From Candidatus Heimdallarchaeota archaeon (GTDB lineage Archaea; Asgardarchaeota; Heimdallarchaeia; JABLTI01): a DNA stretch of 64,000 nt. Made by a program: the position numbers and the translations under genes. The DNA is taken from assembly GCA_018238155.1 (NCBI GenBank), contig JABCTZ010000003.1, positions 164,289-228,288 on the forward strand, written 5' to 3'. The notes below the pieces were generated by a model. It had not been told where the DNA came from. It saw only the letters and a list, made by a program, of their open reading frames with translations, and ran no database searches. Positions 41,645 through 50,060 of the stretch are shown here, piece by piece; the stretch's first letter is position 1; every line of letters begins with the position of its first letter.

Positions 41645-42343
41645 TTGAAGGTGAAATACATGGAAATTAAAAAATACAAATCATTTAAGGAAATTTATAA
41701 TGTGTTCTTTCGGGATGGATCCAGACGTCTTGCTACCAAAAATCTAAATCCAGGCTATAAAGTCTATGGAGAAGATTTGATTCTGGAAGGTAAAGATGAG
41801 TATCGTTTGTGGGATCCAACAAGATCAAAATTAGCTGCAGCGCTTGTGAAAGGATTAAAGCATTGCCCCATTGTTCCTGGATCTAAGGTTCTCTATTTAG
41901 GTGCTGCATCAGGTACCACTCCTAGTCATGTATCTGACATTCTTGGTAAACAAGGATTCGAGTATTGTGTGGAATTTGCTCCAAGATCAATACGCGATCT
42001 AGTTTTTCTATGTGAGAAGAGAGAGAATATGCTTCCCATTCTTGATGATGCTCGTATCCCGAGAAATTATGAAAATGTTGTTGATCAAGTTGACGTCGTC
42101 TATTGTGATGTTGCTCAACCAGATCAAGGGAAGATTATCACAGAGAATGCAAAGCTGTTCCTCAAGAAAGGAGGTTATCTAATGCTTGCTGTTAAGGCAA
42201 GAAGCATTAGTCCGACAAAGAATCCTTCTGTTGTGTACAAACAACAAATGAATATCATTGAAGCTGAAGGCTTTCAGAACATTGAAGCAGTAGATTTACA
42301 CCCACTCGAAAAAGACCACGCAATGATTCTTGCTAAATATTAG
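41645..42343 (+). CDS. flpA: Fibrillarin rRNA 2'-O-methyltransferase
   Basis: VYGE, W.P.RSKL.A, VLYLGAASGTT.SHVSD, DVAQPDQ, KARSI. Confidence 0.97.
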   Translation: MKVKYMEIKKYKSFKEIYNVFFRDGSRRLATKNLNPGYKVYGEDLILEGKDEYRLWDPTRSKLAAALVKGLKHCPIVPGSKVLYLGAASGTTPSHVSDILGKQGFEYCVEFAPRSIRDLVFLCEKRENMLPILDDARIPRNYENVVDQVDVVYCDVAQPDQGKIITENAKLFLKKGGYLMLAVKARSISPTKNPSVVYKQQMNIIEAEGFQNIEAVDLHPLEKDHAMILAKY

Positions 42344-42455
42344 TAAAATTTGGAAGAACCACAAACAAAGAACTAATAAATAAAAAAATGCTCTATAATA
42401 CTAATCGAAAGAATCACTCATCAAACTCACTTTCATATTAAGGAGTACGAGAAAT

Positions 42456-43319
42456 TTGGCAAACTCACTGAAGCTTCTAAGAAAATTAATCAAGGATAAA
42501 AAAGCAGTATCTGAGACCCTCGCTGCAATTATGATGATTTTTATGTTTATAACAGCTATTGGTGTTGTTTGGGGATATTTGTATCCGACCTATAAACAAT
42601 TTCAAACTGATAACTCAATAAATAGTGTTGTCTCGTATATGCTAAGTGTTGATAATAAAATTTATGACTTACTGAGTGATGGACCTGGTTCAACAACGGC
42701 AGTTAATGTTGATAGTTTCTTTGGATATTATCAATATGAAACAGGAAAAAATGTTTCTTTACAATTTGCTGATGAAGGCAGTACATTTAGCAATTCTTAC
42801 AGTTATGGTAATATGGGTTCATTTGCTTATTGGTTGATTGGTAGGCAAGGCAGTGCTATAAATGTTGATAGCCACAAATACTTGAAGGGTCCTGCCACTC
42901 AAAACAATTTCTTTGTAAACAATTCTGATTCATCATCGTATCAAGGCTTAACCAATCTTACATTAGTTAGACCTGAAACAGACATAATGAATATAGAATT
43001 GAATTATAGAGTCAGTTTGTATTATTGGTATGATCAAACAAATGATGTTCTGTCAATAACAATTAGCTTGTTGATAATAGATATAATTGGACCAAAACTC
43101 ATGCTTAGTTCCTTTAATACCCTGAATATAGGGTATAATGAATCAGAGACATTATTTACCGATTCAGCAACTATTACCACTGATTTCTATGTTGATGGGT
43201 CAATAGCATCTGGATTCTCACCCTTTGAACGCGTCTTGGATTTTGCTAAACCACCTGCTGTAGGTAGTTATGATGTGACAATAGAAATAGTAGCATCATA
43301 TTTATTATTTTATATTTAA
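42456..43319 (+). CDS. Type IV pilin/archaellin-like protein with class III signal peptide
   Basis: KDKKA|VSETLAAIMMIFMFITAIGVV prepilin pattern. Confidence 0.75.
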   Translation: MANSLKLLRKLIKDKKAVSETLAAIMMIFMFITAIGVVWGYLYPTYKQFQTDNSINSVVSYMLSVDNKIYDLLSDGPGSTTAVNVDSFFGYYQYETGKNVSLQFADEGSTFSNSYSYGNMGSFAYWLIGRQGSAINVDSHKYLKGPATQNNFFVNNSDSSSYQGLTNLTLVRPETDIMNIELNYRVSLYYWYDQTNDVLSITISLLIIDIIGPKLMLSSFNTLNIGYNESETLFTDSATITTDFYVDGSIASGFSPFERVLDFAKPPAVGSYDVTIEIVASYLLFYI

Positions 43320-43449
43320 TTAAACAGAGACCGAAGATTTTATAACTGAAAGTTTCTGTGAAAGCTTTACCTTTATTATGCTAACTTTTAAATACGGATT
43401 TTGTTCCGAACAGCATACAGTTAGTGAATTTAGCTGGAGATTGTAGCAA

Positions 43450-43758
43450 ATGGTAAAAATTCCTGCAAAAATGCGTACCCATTGTCCAAAATGTGGAAAA
43501 CACACTACTATGACCGTCAGACAAGAAAAAGGTGGAAGACGTGGTAGTGGAATGGTAGCGGGTACTAGACGTGCCGTTAGAAATAAAAAAGGATCAGGCA
43601 ACAAAGGAAAGTACTCAAAGAAAGCTATCAGCCAATCTAAAATGGCTTCAAAGACATCACAAAAAGTTGATTTGCGTTTAACATGTGATGTATGCAAAGC
43701 TACTTGGGTTAGAAATTATCCAAGATCTCGTGGTGTAGAGATAGTTAAATCAGCATAA
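43450..43758 (+). CDS. rpl44e: 50S ribosomal protein L44e (eL42)
   Basis: IP....T.CPKC.KHT, G.G..G.Y, K..LRL.C..C. Confidence 0.92.
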   Translation: MVKIPAKMRTHCPKCGKHTTMTVRQEKGGRRGSGMVAGTRRAVRNKKGSGNKGKYSKKAISQSKMASKTSQKVDLRLTCDVCKATWVRNYPRSRGVEIVKSA

Positions 43759-43908
43759 TTGCTGCAATTGTTGGGATGCAATTTTTTTCTAAAATCCCAA
43801 ATTCTTTCTTCTTTTATTAATTTTTCATCCTTTCTTAACAAAGAAAACTTAGTCATTTTATTTAGGTTAGGCTATAGATTACTATATACAGAAAGAGTTG
43901 TATGTAAA

Positions 43909-44697
43909 ATGACTTCAAAATACCCAGATACATTTGTCAAAATAATTAAGGAACATAAATTAAAAGGTGGAGTATTATTACAATGTTTTCCCGGGCAAGG
44001 GTTAGTAGGACGTATGGCAGGAATGCATTTAATTGATTATTTCGATGTAAAAGAATCAGCAAAAATATTTTCAAGTTATTTTCCACATCTAGTAATCTTC
44101 CAAGGAAATTTAGGTAAATTGATTCATGCAGAACTTTATGCAATAGAAGATTCCAATCCACCAATTCTTGTACTCACGGGAGAAAGCCAACCACAAGAAG
44201 GACCTGATGGAATGTTTAGAGTAATAAATGCAACATTAGATTTAGCTCAAGACTGGGGGATCGAAACGGTAATTGCCATAGGTGGTTTTAGACCTGCTGA
44301 TGTAAAAACAACTCCAGATACAACAGCCTTTGCTTTCACTGAGGACGACGCTCAAAGTATTAAGGATTGGGGTATCAAATTATTCACTGAAGGAAGAGTA
44401 AGTGGTGCAGTTGGTGTTCTAACCGCTCTTGCTGCAGAACGAGGGATGAAATCATTTGGATTAATGGGTAAAGTAAATCTAAGTGATAATAATTCAATGT
44501 CTTTTGGAGTGGATCCAAATGCAGCAAAAAATGTTTTAAAAGCTATTATGAAAATGACTGGAATCAAATTAGACCTTTCTAAAATGGATAAAATGATAAA
44601 GGAAATAGAGCAAACTGAAGCTAGTGCAATGAAAGTGATGGATGATATGCGTAAAACAGGTCCTGGTAAGAAAGATGCAAAATCCTTTATGATTTAA
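43909..44697 (+). CDS. Proteasome assembly chaperone PAC2 family
   Basis: PG.GLVG, GESQP, IGG, VSG..G; likely ATG 43909. Confidence 0.88.
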   Translation: MTSKYPDTFVKIIKEHKLKGGVLLQCFPGQGLVGRMAGMHLIDYFDVKESAKIFSSYFPHLVIFQGNLGKLIHAELYAIEDSNPPILVLTGESQPQEGPDGMFRVINATLDLAQDWGIETVIAIGGFRPADVKTTPDTTAFAFTEDDAQSIKDWGIKLFTEGRVSGAVGVLTALAAERGMKSFGLMGKVNLSDNNSMSFGVDPNAAKNVLKAIMKMTGIKLDLSKMDKMIKEIEQTEASAMKVMDDMRKTGPGKKDAKSFMI

Positions 44698-44712
44698 GCA
44701 GATAGAAAAAAC

Positions 44713-44730
44713 GTGGGAGAAATTTCCCAC
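44713..44730. terminator. Hairpin between convergent genes
   Basis: GTGGGAGA-AA-TTTCCCAC with nearby A/T tracts on both sides. Confidence 0.5.
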
Positions 44731-44745
44731 CTCAACTATTTTTTA

Positions 44746-45582
44746 CTACATTTCTTTCAAAATATTTTCAACGATATTTTGAAAAGCTTCTTTTGTTTCA
44801 GATTCTACAGAAACAATTGGTTTACCTGCATCCGCAAGTGGAACTATTTCAGGATTTAGAGGAATGGCTCCTAAGAAGGGGATATTGAGTTCCTTTGCAG
44901 CATTTCTTCCGCCATCTATACCAAATATGTTAATGACTTTACTGCAATGTGGGCACTTAAAACCACTCATATTCTCAACTATGCCAATTACTTTCAATCC
45001 CACCTTCTTTACGAAGTTAATTGATTTTCTAACATCTAACAAAGCTACTTCTTGTGGAGTAGTGACAATTATAACTCCATCTGCCTCTGGTATCATTTGT
45101 GCGATACTTAATGGTTCATCGCTGGTTCCAGGTGGAAGATCTATGATTAAAAAGTCTAATTCACCCCACTTGACATCTCCAAGAAATTGGTTGATTGCGC
45201 CCATTTTAAGAGGACCACGCCAAATAATAGCGTCTGTGTTGTCTTCTAAAAGAAATTCCATAGAAATTACTTTGACTCCTTGTGCAGATTCAACAGGAAT
45301 GATTTTTTTCAATTCATCATTATAGTCTGGTCTTTGTCCTTCTAATCCAACCATTTTTGGAACATTTGGACCGGTGATATCTGCATCGAGAATACCAACT
45401 TTATGACCTTTTTGAGATAATGATGTAGCTAGATTCACCGCTACCGTCGTTTTACCTACTCCACCTTTTCCACTCGCTACGATTAAAACATGTTTAATGT
45501 CTTTCAAAGTAGCAGATACTTTGGCTTTCTTTGGGTCAATAGCTAGACCTGAAAGTTTTGGTTTTTCATCTTTTTTTGACAT
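44746..45582 (-). CDS. mrp: Mrp/NBP35 Fe-S cluster carrier ATPase
   Basis: [35 protein letters not shown]...CPHC. Confidence 0.96.
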   Translation of the reverse strand: MSKKDEKPKLSGLAIDPKKAKVSATLKDIKHVLIVASGKGGVGKTTVAVNLATSLSQKGHKVGILDADITGPNVPKMVGLEGQRPDYNDELKKIIPVESAQGVKVISMEFLLEDNTDAIIWRGPLKMGAINQFLGDVKWGELDFLIIDLPPGTSDEPLSIAQMIPEADGVIIVTTPQEVALLDVRKSINFVKKVGLKVIGIVENMSGFKCPHCSKVINIFGIDGGRNAAKELNIPFLGAIPLNPEIVPLADAGKPIVSVESETKEAFQNIVENILKEM

Positions 45583-45721
45583 ATTTTAACTATCCTTTAG
45601 TCTTCAAACAAAAAGTTAACTGTTTATCCTTTTAAATTAAATCATTGATAATGAAAGAAAAATAAAAGACTGAACCAAAGAAATTGTTGGTCAGCCATAC
45701 TTTATAATAATAAATGAGCTT

Positions 45722-46051
45722 TTAACACCAAGTGATAACTTTCTCGTACTTGTCCATAATGATGGAAATAGATTCATCATAATCTACTTGTTTTATGTCT
45801 GGATGAACTTTGTCTCCAGTAATCCCACGAGCTTCTAAATCTTCTTTTATTGCATATACTTCAATACCGTGAGCTGCAGCATCAGCAATGATATTCTTTC
45901 CACCTTTCCAAGCAGCTAAAGTGCTATCTTGTATTAAGAGGACGCCAACATCATGACCGTTATCCATTTGGCTTTTCGTAATATCAAGTAAAGTTCCTTG
46001 TGCAGCACAAGTATAGATACTTTTTGATGTGATATAGAGTACTTTTACCAT
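45722..46051 (-). CDS. tusB: TusB/DsrH sulfur relay subunit
   Basis: LLIQD, EDLEARG, VDY...I.W. Confidence 0.85.
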   Translation of the reverse strand: MVKVLYITSKSIYTCAAQGTLLDITKSQMDNGHDVGVLLIQDSTLAAWKGGKNIIADAAAHGIEVYAIKEDLEARGITGDKVHPDIKQVDYDESISIIMDKYEKVITWC

Positions 46052-46064
46052 TTATTTTATCCTC

Positions 46065-46424
46065 CTATAATGCAATAGTTGCACATGCATCTAAGAGTAA
46101 TTCACTTAGATCTGCAACAGAAATAACTTTTACTTCAAGCTTTGGGTCCAAATCTTTAATTTGGATTCCTCTCTGCTCGAGAGATTTATCTAGAGCATAA
46201 ATTGGCACTTCATATCTGTGAAGAGCTTCAAGAGCGCCCATTACTGAATGATGCCCAATTCCATCGGGGTTCTGATCTTTTATGAGATTAAAAACTCCAT
46301 CATCAATGAATATAGCATCATTTTCCACATCTAAAACAAGTAATCCTTGGCCAACACGAACGCCTTCGAGGCTGTTGATTATTCCATAAGGACCCTTTCG
46401 AAAAAGAACAATTACACGATCCAT
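46065..46424 (-). CDS. tusC: TusC/DsrF sulfur relay subunit
   Basis: K.PYG...EG.R, FIDDGV, SL.QRGI. Confidence 0.85.
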   Translation of the reverse strand: MDRVIVLFRKGPYGIINSLEGVRVGQGLLVLDVENDAIFIDDGVFNLIKDQNPDGIGHHSVMGALEALHRYEVPIYALDKSLEQRGIQIKDLDPKLEVKVISVADLSELLLDACATIAL

Positions 46425-46437
46425 TCTTCATTCACCT

Positions 46438-46812
46438 CTAAGCTGAAAAGATGAGGATTCTATCCGAATCTTCAACATACTCACTAAGAGCACCAAGACC
46501 ATCGAAGCTACTTCCTTCGATAATCTTATCTTGACCCATTGTTCCACGATATTCAGCACAAATTGGACAAGCAACCACAGGAATACCTGCTTCAACAAGT
46601 TCCTTAAATAATTCAGAAATATTTCTATCTCGATCATCAGATGGCTTAATATCTTTGACAACGTTGAAAACACCATCTGTGTATAGATATATTCCTGTAA
46701 CCTCATGACCTGCTTTTATTGCTGCTTTTGCAAGATGTATAACTGTATCTGAATTTTGAAAAGTATAAGGCGAGGTCATAACGAGAAATGCAATTCTACC
46801 CAAAAGTATCAC
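46438..46812 (-). CDS. tusD: TusD/DsrE sulfur relay subunit
   Basis: SPY, GHEV..IYLY.DGV.N, CPICAEYRG, GLGAL, DRILIF; start may be TTG 46803. Confidence 0.88.
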   Translation of the reverse strand: MILLGRIAFLVMTSPYTFQNSDTVIHLAKAAIKAGHEVTGIYLYTDGVFNVVKDIKPSDDRDRNISELFKELVEAGIPVVACPICAEYRGTMGQDKIIEGSSFDGLGALSEYVEDSDRILIFSA

Positions 46813-46974
46813 CTAACATATCTAATTCTAGTAAATTAATAAATTTGTTAAGAATAATGGTTTAAAAAGTATACGCACGGGACGGCTCTTCTACTTAAGA
46901 AAATATACCCCCAACTTTATTTAAATTCTCGTTATTTCAAACTTAGATAATAATTGACTGTTTTTGTGATAAAA

Positions 46975-47397
46975 ATGTCTGACAGTAAAAAAAGTATGTC
47001 CATTATAGTCCATTCTGGTACTCTGGACAAAGCTTATCCTCCCTTGATGCTTGCTGTAGCTGCAGCTGCATCTGATATGCATGTTGATTTATTCTTTACT
47101 TTCTGGGGTTTACCTCTAATCAAGAAAAACGGTTTGAAAAAAGCCAAACTCCCAGGACTGATGCGTTTCGGAACCTTTATGATGAGACGCCGAATAAAGA
47201 AAGTAGGTATCGCAAAATTGCAAGAGTTACTTGAAGCTGCTGTTGAAACAGGCAATTTGAATATTTATGCTTGTACTGCTACAATGGACTTGATGATGAT
47301 CAAAAAAGAACAATTAATTCCTGAAGTAGATGGGTTCATAGGTGCCGCAGGTTTCATGGACATAGCTGTTGATGCTGATATTCATTTGTTCATATAA
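46975..47397 (+). CDS. DsrE2/DsrE-like sulfur carrier
   Basis: SGTLDK, FFTFWGL, YACTATMD, GAAGF. Confidence 0.88.
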   Translation: MSDSKKSMSIIVHSGTLDKAYPPLMLAVAAAASDMHVDLFFTFWGLPLIKKNGLKKAKLPGLMRFGTFMMRRRIKKVGIAKLQELLEAAVETGNLNIYACTATMDLMMIKKEQLIPEVDGFIGAAGFMDIAVDADIHLFI

Positions 47398-47413
47398 ATA
47401 AAGGAGAAATTAA

Positions 47414-47656
47414 ATGACTGATATTCCAACTTCTGATAAACTTTTAGATGCACGTGGATTACAATGTCCAATGCCTATTTTGAAAGCAAAGAAAGAAATA
47501 GTAAAACTTGAAATAGGACAAATACTCGAGATATATTCAAATGATGAGGGATCAAAAGAAGATTTCCCACGATGGGCAAGAAGAACAGGTCATGAAATGC
47601 TTGGTATTTTCGATGAAGCCGATTATGCTCGGTATTTTGTAAAACGTCTGGTCTAA
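47414..47656 (+). CDS. tusA: TusA/SirA sulfurtransferase
   Basis: LDARGLQCPMPI, D.GS..D.P.WA...GH. Confidence 0.93.
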   Translation: MTDIPTSDKLLDARGLQCPMPILKAKKEIVKLEIGQILEIYSNDEGSKEDFPRWARRTGHEMLGIFDEADYARYFVKRLV

Positions 47657-47763
47657 TCCAAGACCTTCCGTTATTTTTTTAAGTAAGTTTTTTTTAGTTT
47701 CAGATATTCTAAAAATAACAGTTTTTAGATTAATGGAATCAATCGTTTGTATTCCGTAAAAAC

Positions 47764-47778
47764 GGCAAACTTTAAAAA
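47764..47778 (+). promoter_or_regulatory. Putative BRE/TATA promoter of the permuted 5S gene
   Basis: GGCAAAC-TTTAAAAA about 25-30 bp upstream of the processing stem. Confidence 0.5.
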
Positions 47779-47806
47779 CCAAAAGGCAAAACGATTGAAT
47801 CACGCA

Positions 47807-47955
47807 AAAACTCATCACCGGAAGTTAAGCCTTCATACGTAGTGATAATTACTGATCTGAGAGATCGTTCGGGAACATCATTAAGCTGCGTTGCGACGCG
47901 GTCAAAGCTGGAGGGCAACACCCGGACCCGTCCGATCCCGGAAATGGTGAGTTTT
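47807..47955 (+). other. Precursor processing stem with BHB/BHL-like motif around permuted 5S
   Basis: AAAACTCATCA (47807-47817) pairs with TGGTGAGTTTT (47945-47955); CCGG/CCGG 4-bp helix; AAG and AAA unpaired 3' of each CCGG. Confidence 0.85.
47824..47943 (+). rRNA. rrf: 5S rRNA, circularly permuted (canonical 3' part 47824-47892 precedes canonical 5' part 47895-47943)
   Basis: GUUAAGCC...UACUG...GGGAAC...GCUGCGUU then GACGCGGUCAAAGC...GGGCAACACCCGGACCCGUCCGAUCCCGGAA; helices I, II, III and V pair; 120 nt. Confidence 0.92.
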
Positions 47956-48060
47956 GGCGACTAATTGTACCAGAAACGATTCTTTCTTATTATAATTACC
48001 TCAAAATCATTTGAATTATAGTTAATTTTTTTTAAATAAAAGAAATAATAAAAGATTAGC

Positions 48061-48417
48061 TTATTCTAGCTTATCTTCTACATCAAAAGCCATTTTTCCA
48101 GCTTCAACAGTTATAAAACTGAAACTCAATGTATGTGTTCCTGAAGATAAAGAACCTTTGATTTTAAAAGTAAAAGTATCTCCCTTTGTTAATTTGAAGG
48201 GATTTTCCTTGGAAATTTCTGCTACTGCTATTTCTTGTTCTTTAACAAAAATGTTAATTGTGTTCAAATTTAATTCTTGACCATCAATTTTAAGATATTC
48301 AACTTTTTTAACAGTGCCAGGGTATAAATTATTCCGTAATTGAAAGGAATATTCTTCTCCTTCTTGAGCTAAGCTGCCTTGAACATACAATTTCTTTAAC
48401 ATCGCTTTTGGAATCAT
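48061..48417 (-). CDS. Small beta-sandwich protein (similar to the accessory domain found on some HMG-CoA reductases)
   Basis: IP...LKKLYV.GSL...F.L.N.L..GT pattern recalled from memory; not a reductase catalytic domain. Confidence 0.5.
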   Translation of the reverse strand: MIPKAMLKKLYVQGSLAQEGEEYSFQLRNNLYPGTVKKVEYLKIDGQELNLNTINIFVKEQEIAVAEISKENPFKLTKGDTFTFKIKGSLSSGTHTLSFSFITVEAGKMAFDVEDKLE

Positions 48418-48526
48418 CTAATACATCTCATTATTTTTTGTTATTTTTTCCCTTCTCATCATTTTAATTTATCGGTTATTTTCTCTTTGTTTTGGATAAA
48501 TCTTTTATATTATTGGGAGAAGTATT

Positions 48527-48546
48527 TTTTACGAATATTCGTAAAA
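48527..48546. promoter_or_regulatory. Perfect 20-bp palindrome, candidate DtxR-family operator
   Basis: TTTTACGAATATTCGTAAAA between TATA-like TTTTATAT (48503-48510) and the ATG at 48568. Confidence 0.75.
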
Positions 48547-48567
48547 TAAACTTGGAGTCTTAAATAA

Positions 48568-49593
48568 ATGAGACAAATGCAGACATTTATTGTTCTTCTA
48601 TTAATAGTATCATTACAAACTAATACAGAGTTTATAGACAATGTTACATCTCATACTGGCGAAAATAACCTAAAAGAGATTAATAATGGGACAATAAATG
48701 TTGTAGCTTCGATTTCAATTGTGGCTGATTTTAGCAATCAAATTGGCGAGGGAATTTTTACTGTAGAAAGTATTGTGTCTGGGAATGAAAATCCACATGT
48801 CTATGAACCATCTCCACATGAAATAGAAAAGGTCGCACAAGCAGATCTTTTTGTGAGATTAGGATTAGAAGGATTAGAGCCATGGGTTCAATCTGTTTTG
48901 GATGTAAACCCTGGAATAAATGTTTTAGAATTAGTAAATTCATCAATGATAGAATTCGATGATGTAATTAATTCTAATAATCCTCATGTTTGGATGGATC
49001 CAAATAATGTTAAAATAATGATTGAAGAAATTTATCAAAGTGTCTCATTATTAGATCCAACAAATATTGCAACTTATGAATCTAATAGAGACTCTTATCT
49101 CAATGAACTTGATTTATTACTTATTCGAATTGATCAAGCAAAGGGCGTTTTTAGTGGAACAAAGGTAGTTGTTCATCATCCCTCATTCAAATATTTCTTT
49201 GATTTACTCGGAATTATTCGAATTGGGGCAATTGAAGAACAAGATGGTGTTGAACCTTCTCCTGATCATATACAAGAAATAATTTCTGCTATTGAATTAG
49301 AAAATGTCACTTTAATAATAAATCAACCTCAATTGGATGATGAAACTGTAAATCAAATTGCAAGAGATACAGAAATACAGATTGTTAATTTAACTCCCTT
49401 GCTAGGAGTTTATAGTTTAGTTGATTATATTTCTATGATTGACTACAACATATTGGCACTCAAGAATCCTTTCAATCCATCTTCATCATTCTTACCATGG
49501 ACAACTTGGTTACTAATAGGGTTTGCCGGAACAATACTTGTAGCATTAGGTGTTGCAATAATAATTGTAAGAAGTAAAAATCCAAGAAAATAA
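48568..49593 (+). CDS. znuA: Zn/Mn ABC transporter substrate-binding protein with C-terminal TM anchor
   Basis: NPHVYEP, NPHVWMDP, HPSF.YF, EPS. Confidence 0.9.
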   Translation: MRQMQTFIVLLLIVSLQTNTEFIDNVTSHTGENNLKEINNGTINVVASISIVADFSNQIGEGIFTVESIVSGNENPHVYEPSPHEIEKVAQADLFVRLGLEGLEPWVQSVLDVNPGINVLELVNSSMIEFDDVINSNNPHVWMDPNNVKIMIEEIYQSVSLLDPTNIATYESNRDSYLNELDLLLIRIDQAKGVFSGTKVVVHHPSFKYFFDLLGIIRIGAIEEQDGVEPSPDHIQEIISAIELENVTLIINQPQLDDETVNQIARDTEIQIVNLTPLLGVYSLVDYISMIDYNILALKNPFNPSSSFLPWTTWLLIGFAGTILVALGVAIIIVRSKNPRK

Positions 49594-49609
49594 AGGGCTG
49601 GTTATCAAA

Positions 49610-50044
49610 TTGAAACGTAGAATAGATTTGGAAGAAAAGTTGTTAGATTTCTTGCATTCGTGGCTTCGTCCAATACGAATTGGAGATTTAAAGAAAGAAT
49701 TAGAGAAAGAACATATTGCCATCCCTCATTCATCTATTAATTCAATAATCAAGAGGTTGGTGGATGATAAGTTAATTACTTGGCAAAAATACGGTCCAAT
49801 TTCTTTAACTCAGAAAGGACAACAACAAGCAGCTCATAAACAAAGACATTTTCATTTATTGATAATGTTCTTTATGAATACTCTCCATTTGTCACATCGG
49901 GAAGCAAAAAAAGAGAGTCATGTAATAGCAAGTGTCATATCATGCAATATGATCGGTCAAATTAGCAGAGAGTTAAATAACCCTTTGAAGTGTCATTGCA
50001 ATGAAACCATTCCTAGAGTGGAGCAATGCACAGTAAGAAACTAA
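49610..50044 (+). CDS. DtxR/MntR metal-dependent repressor
   Basis: wHTH ..YG.I.LT.KG, RHFHLL..F...L, EA..ESH, L.NP..C. Confidence 0.85.
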   Translation: MKRRIDLEEKLLDFLHSWLRPIRIGDLKKELEKEHIAIPHSSINSIIKRLVDDKLITWQKYGPISLTQKGQQQAAHKQRHFHLLIMFFMNTLHLSHREAKKESHVIASVISCNMIGQISRELNNPLKCHCNETIPRVEQCTVRN

Positions 50045-50060
50045 TCAAGGTGAGTAAACA

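Noticed and set aside
47818-47943. 5S pseudogene or random insertion with CCGGAA target-site duplication
   Set aside because: All helices remain paired, and the flanks form an 11-bp stem with a correctly placed 3-nt bulge, which chance insertion would not provide; not fully excludable without RNA data
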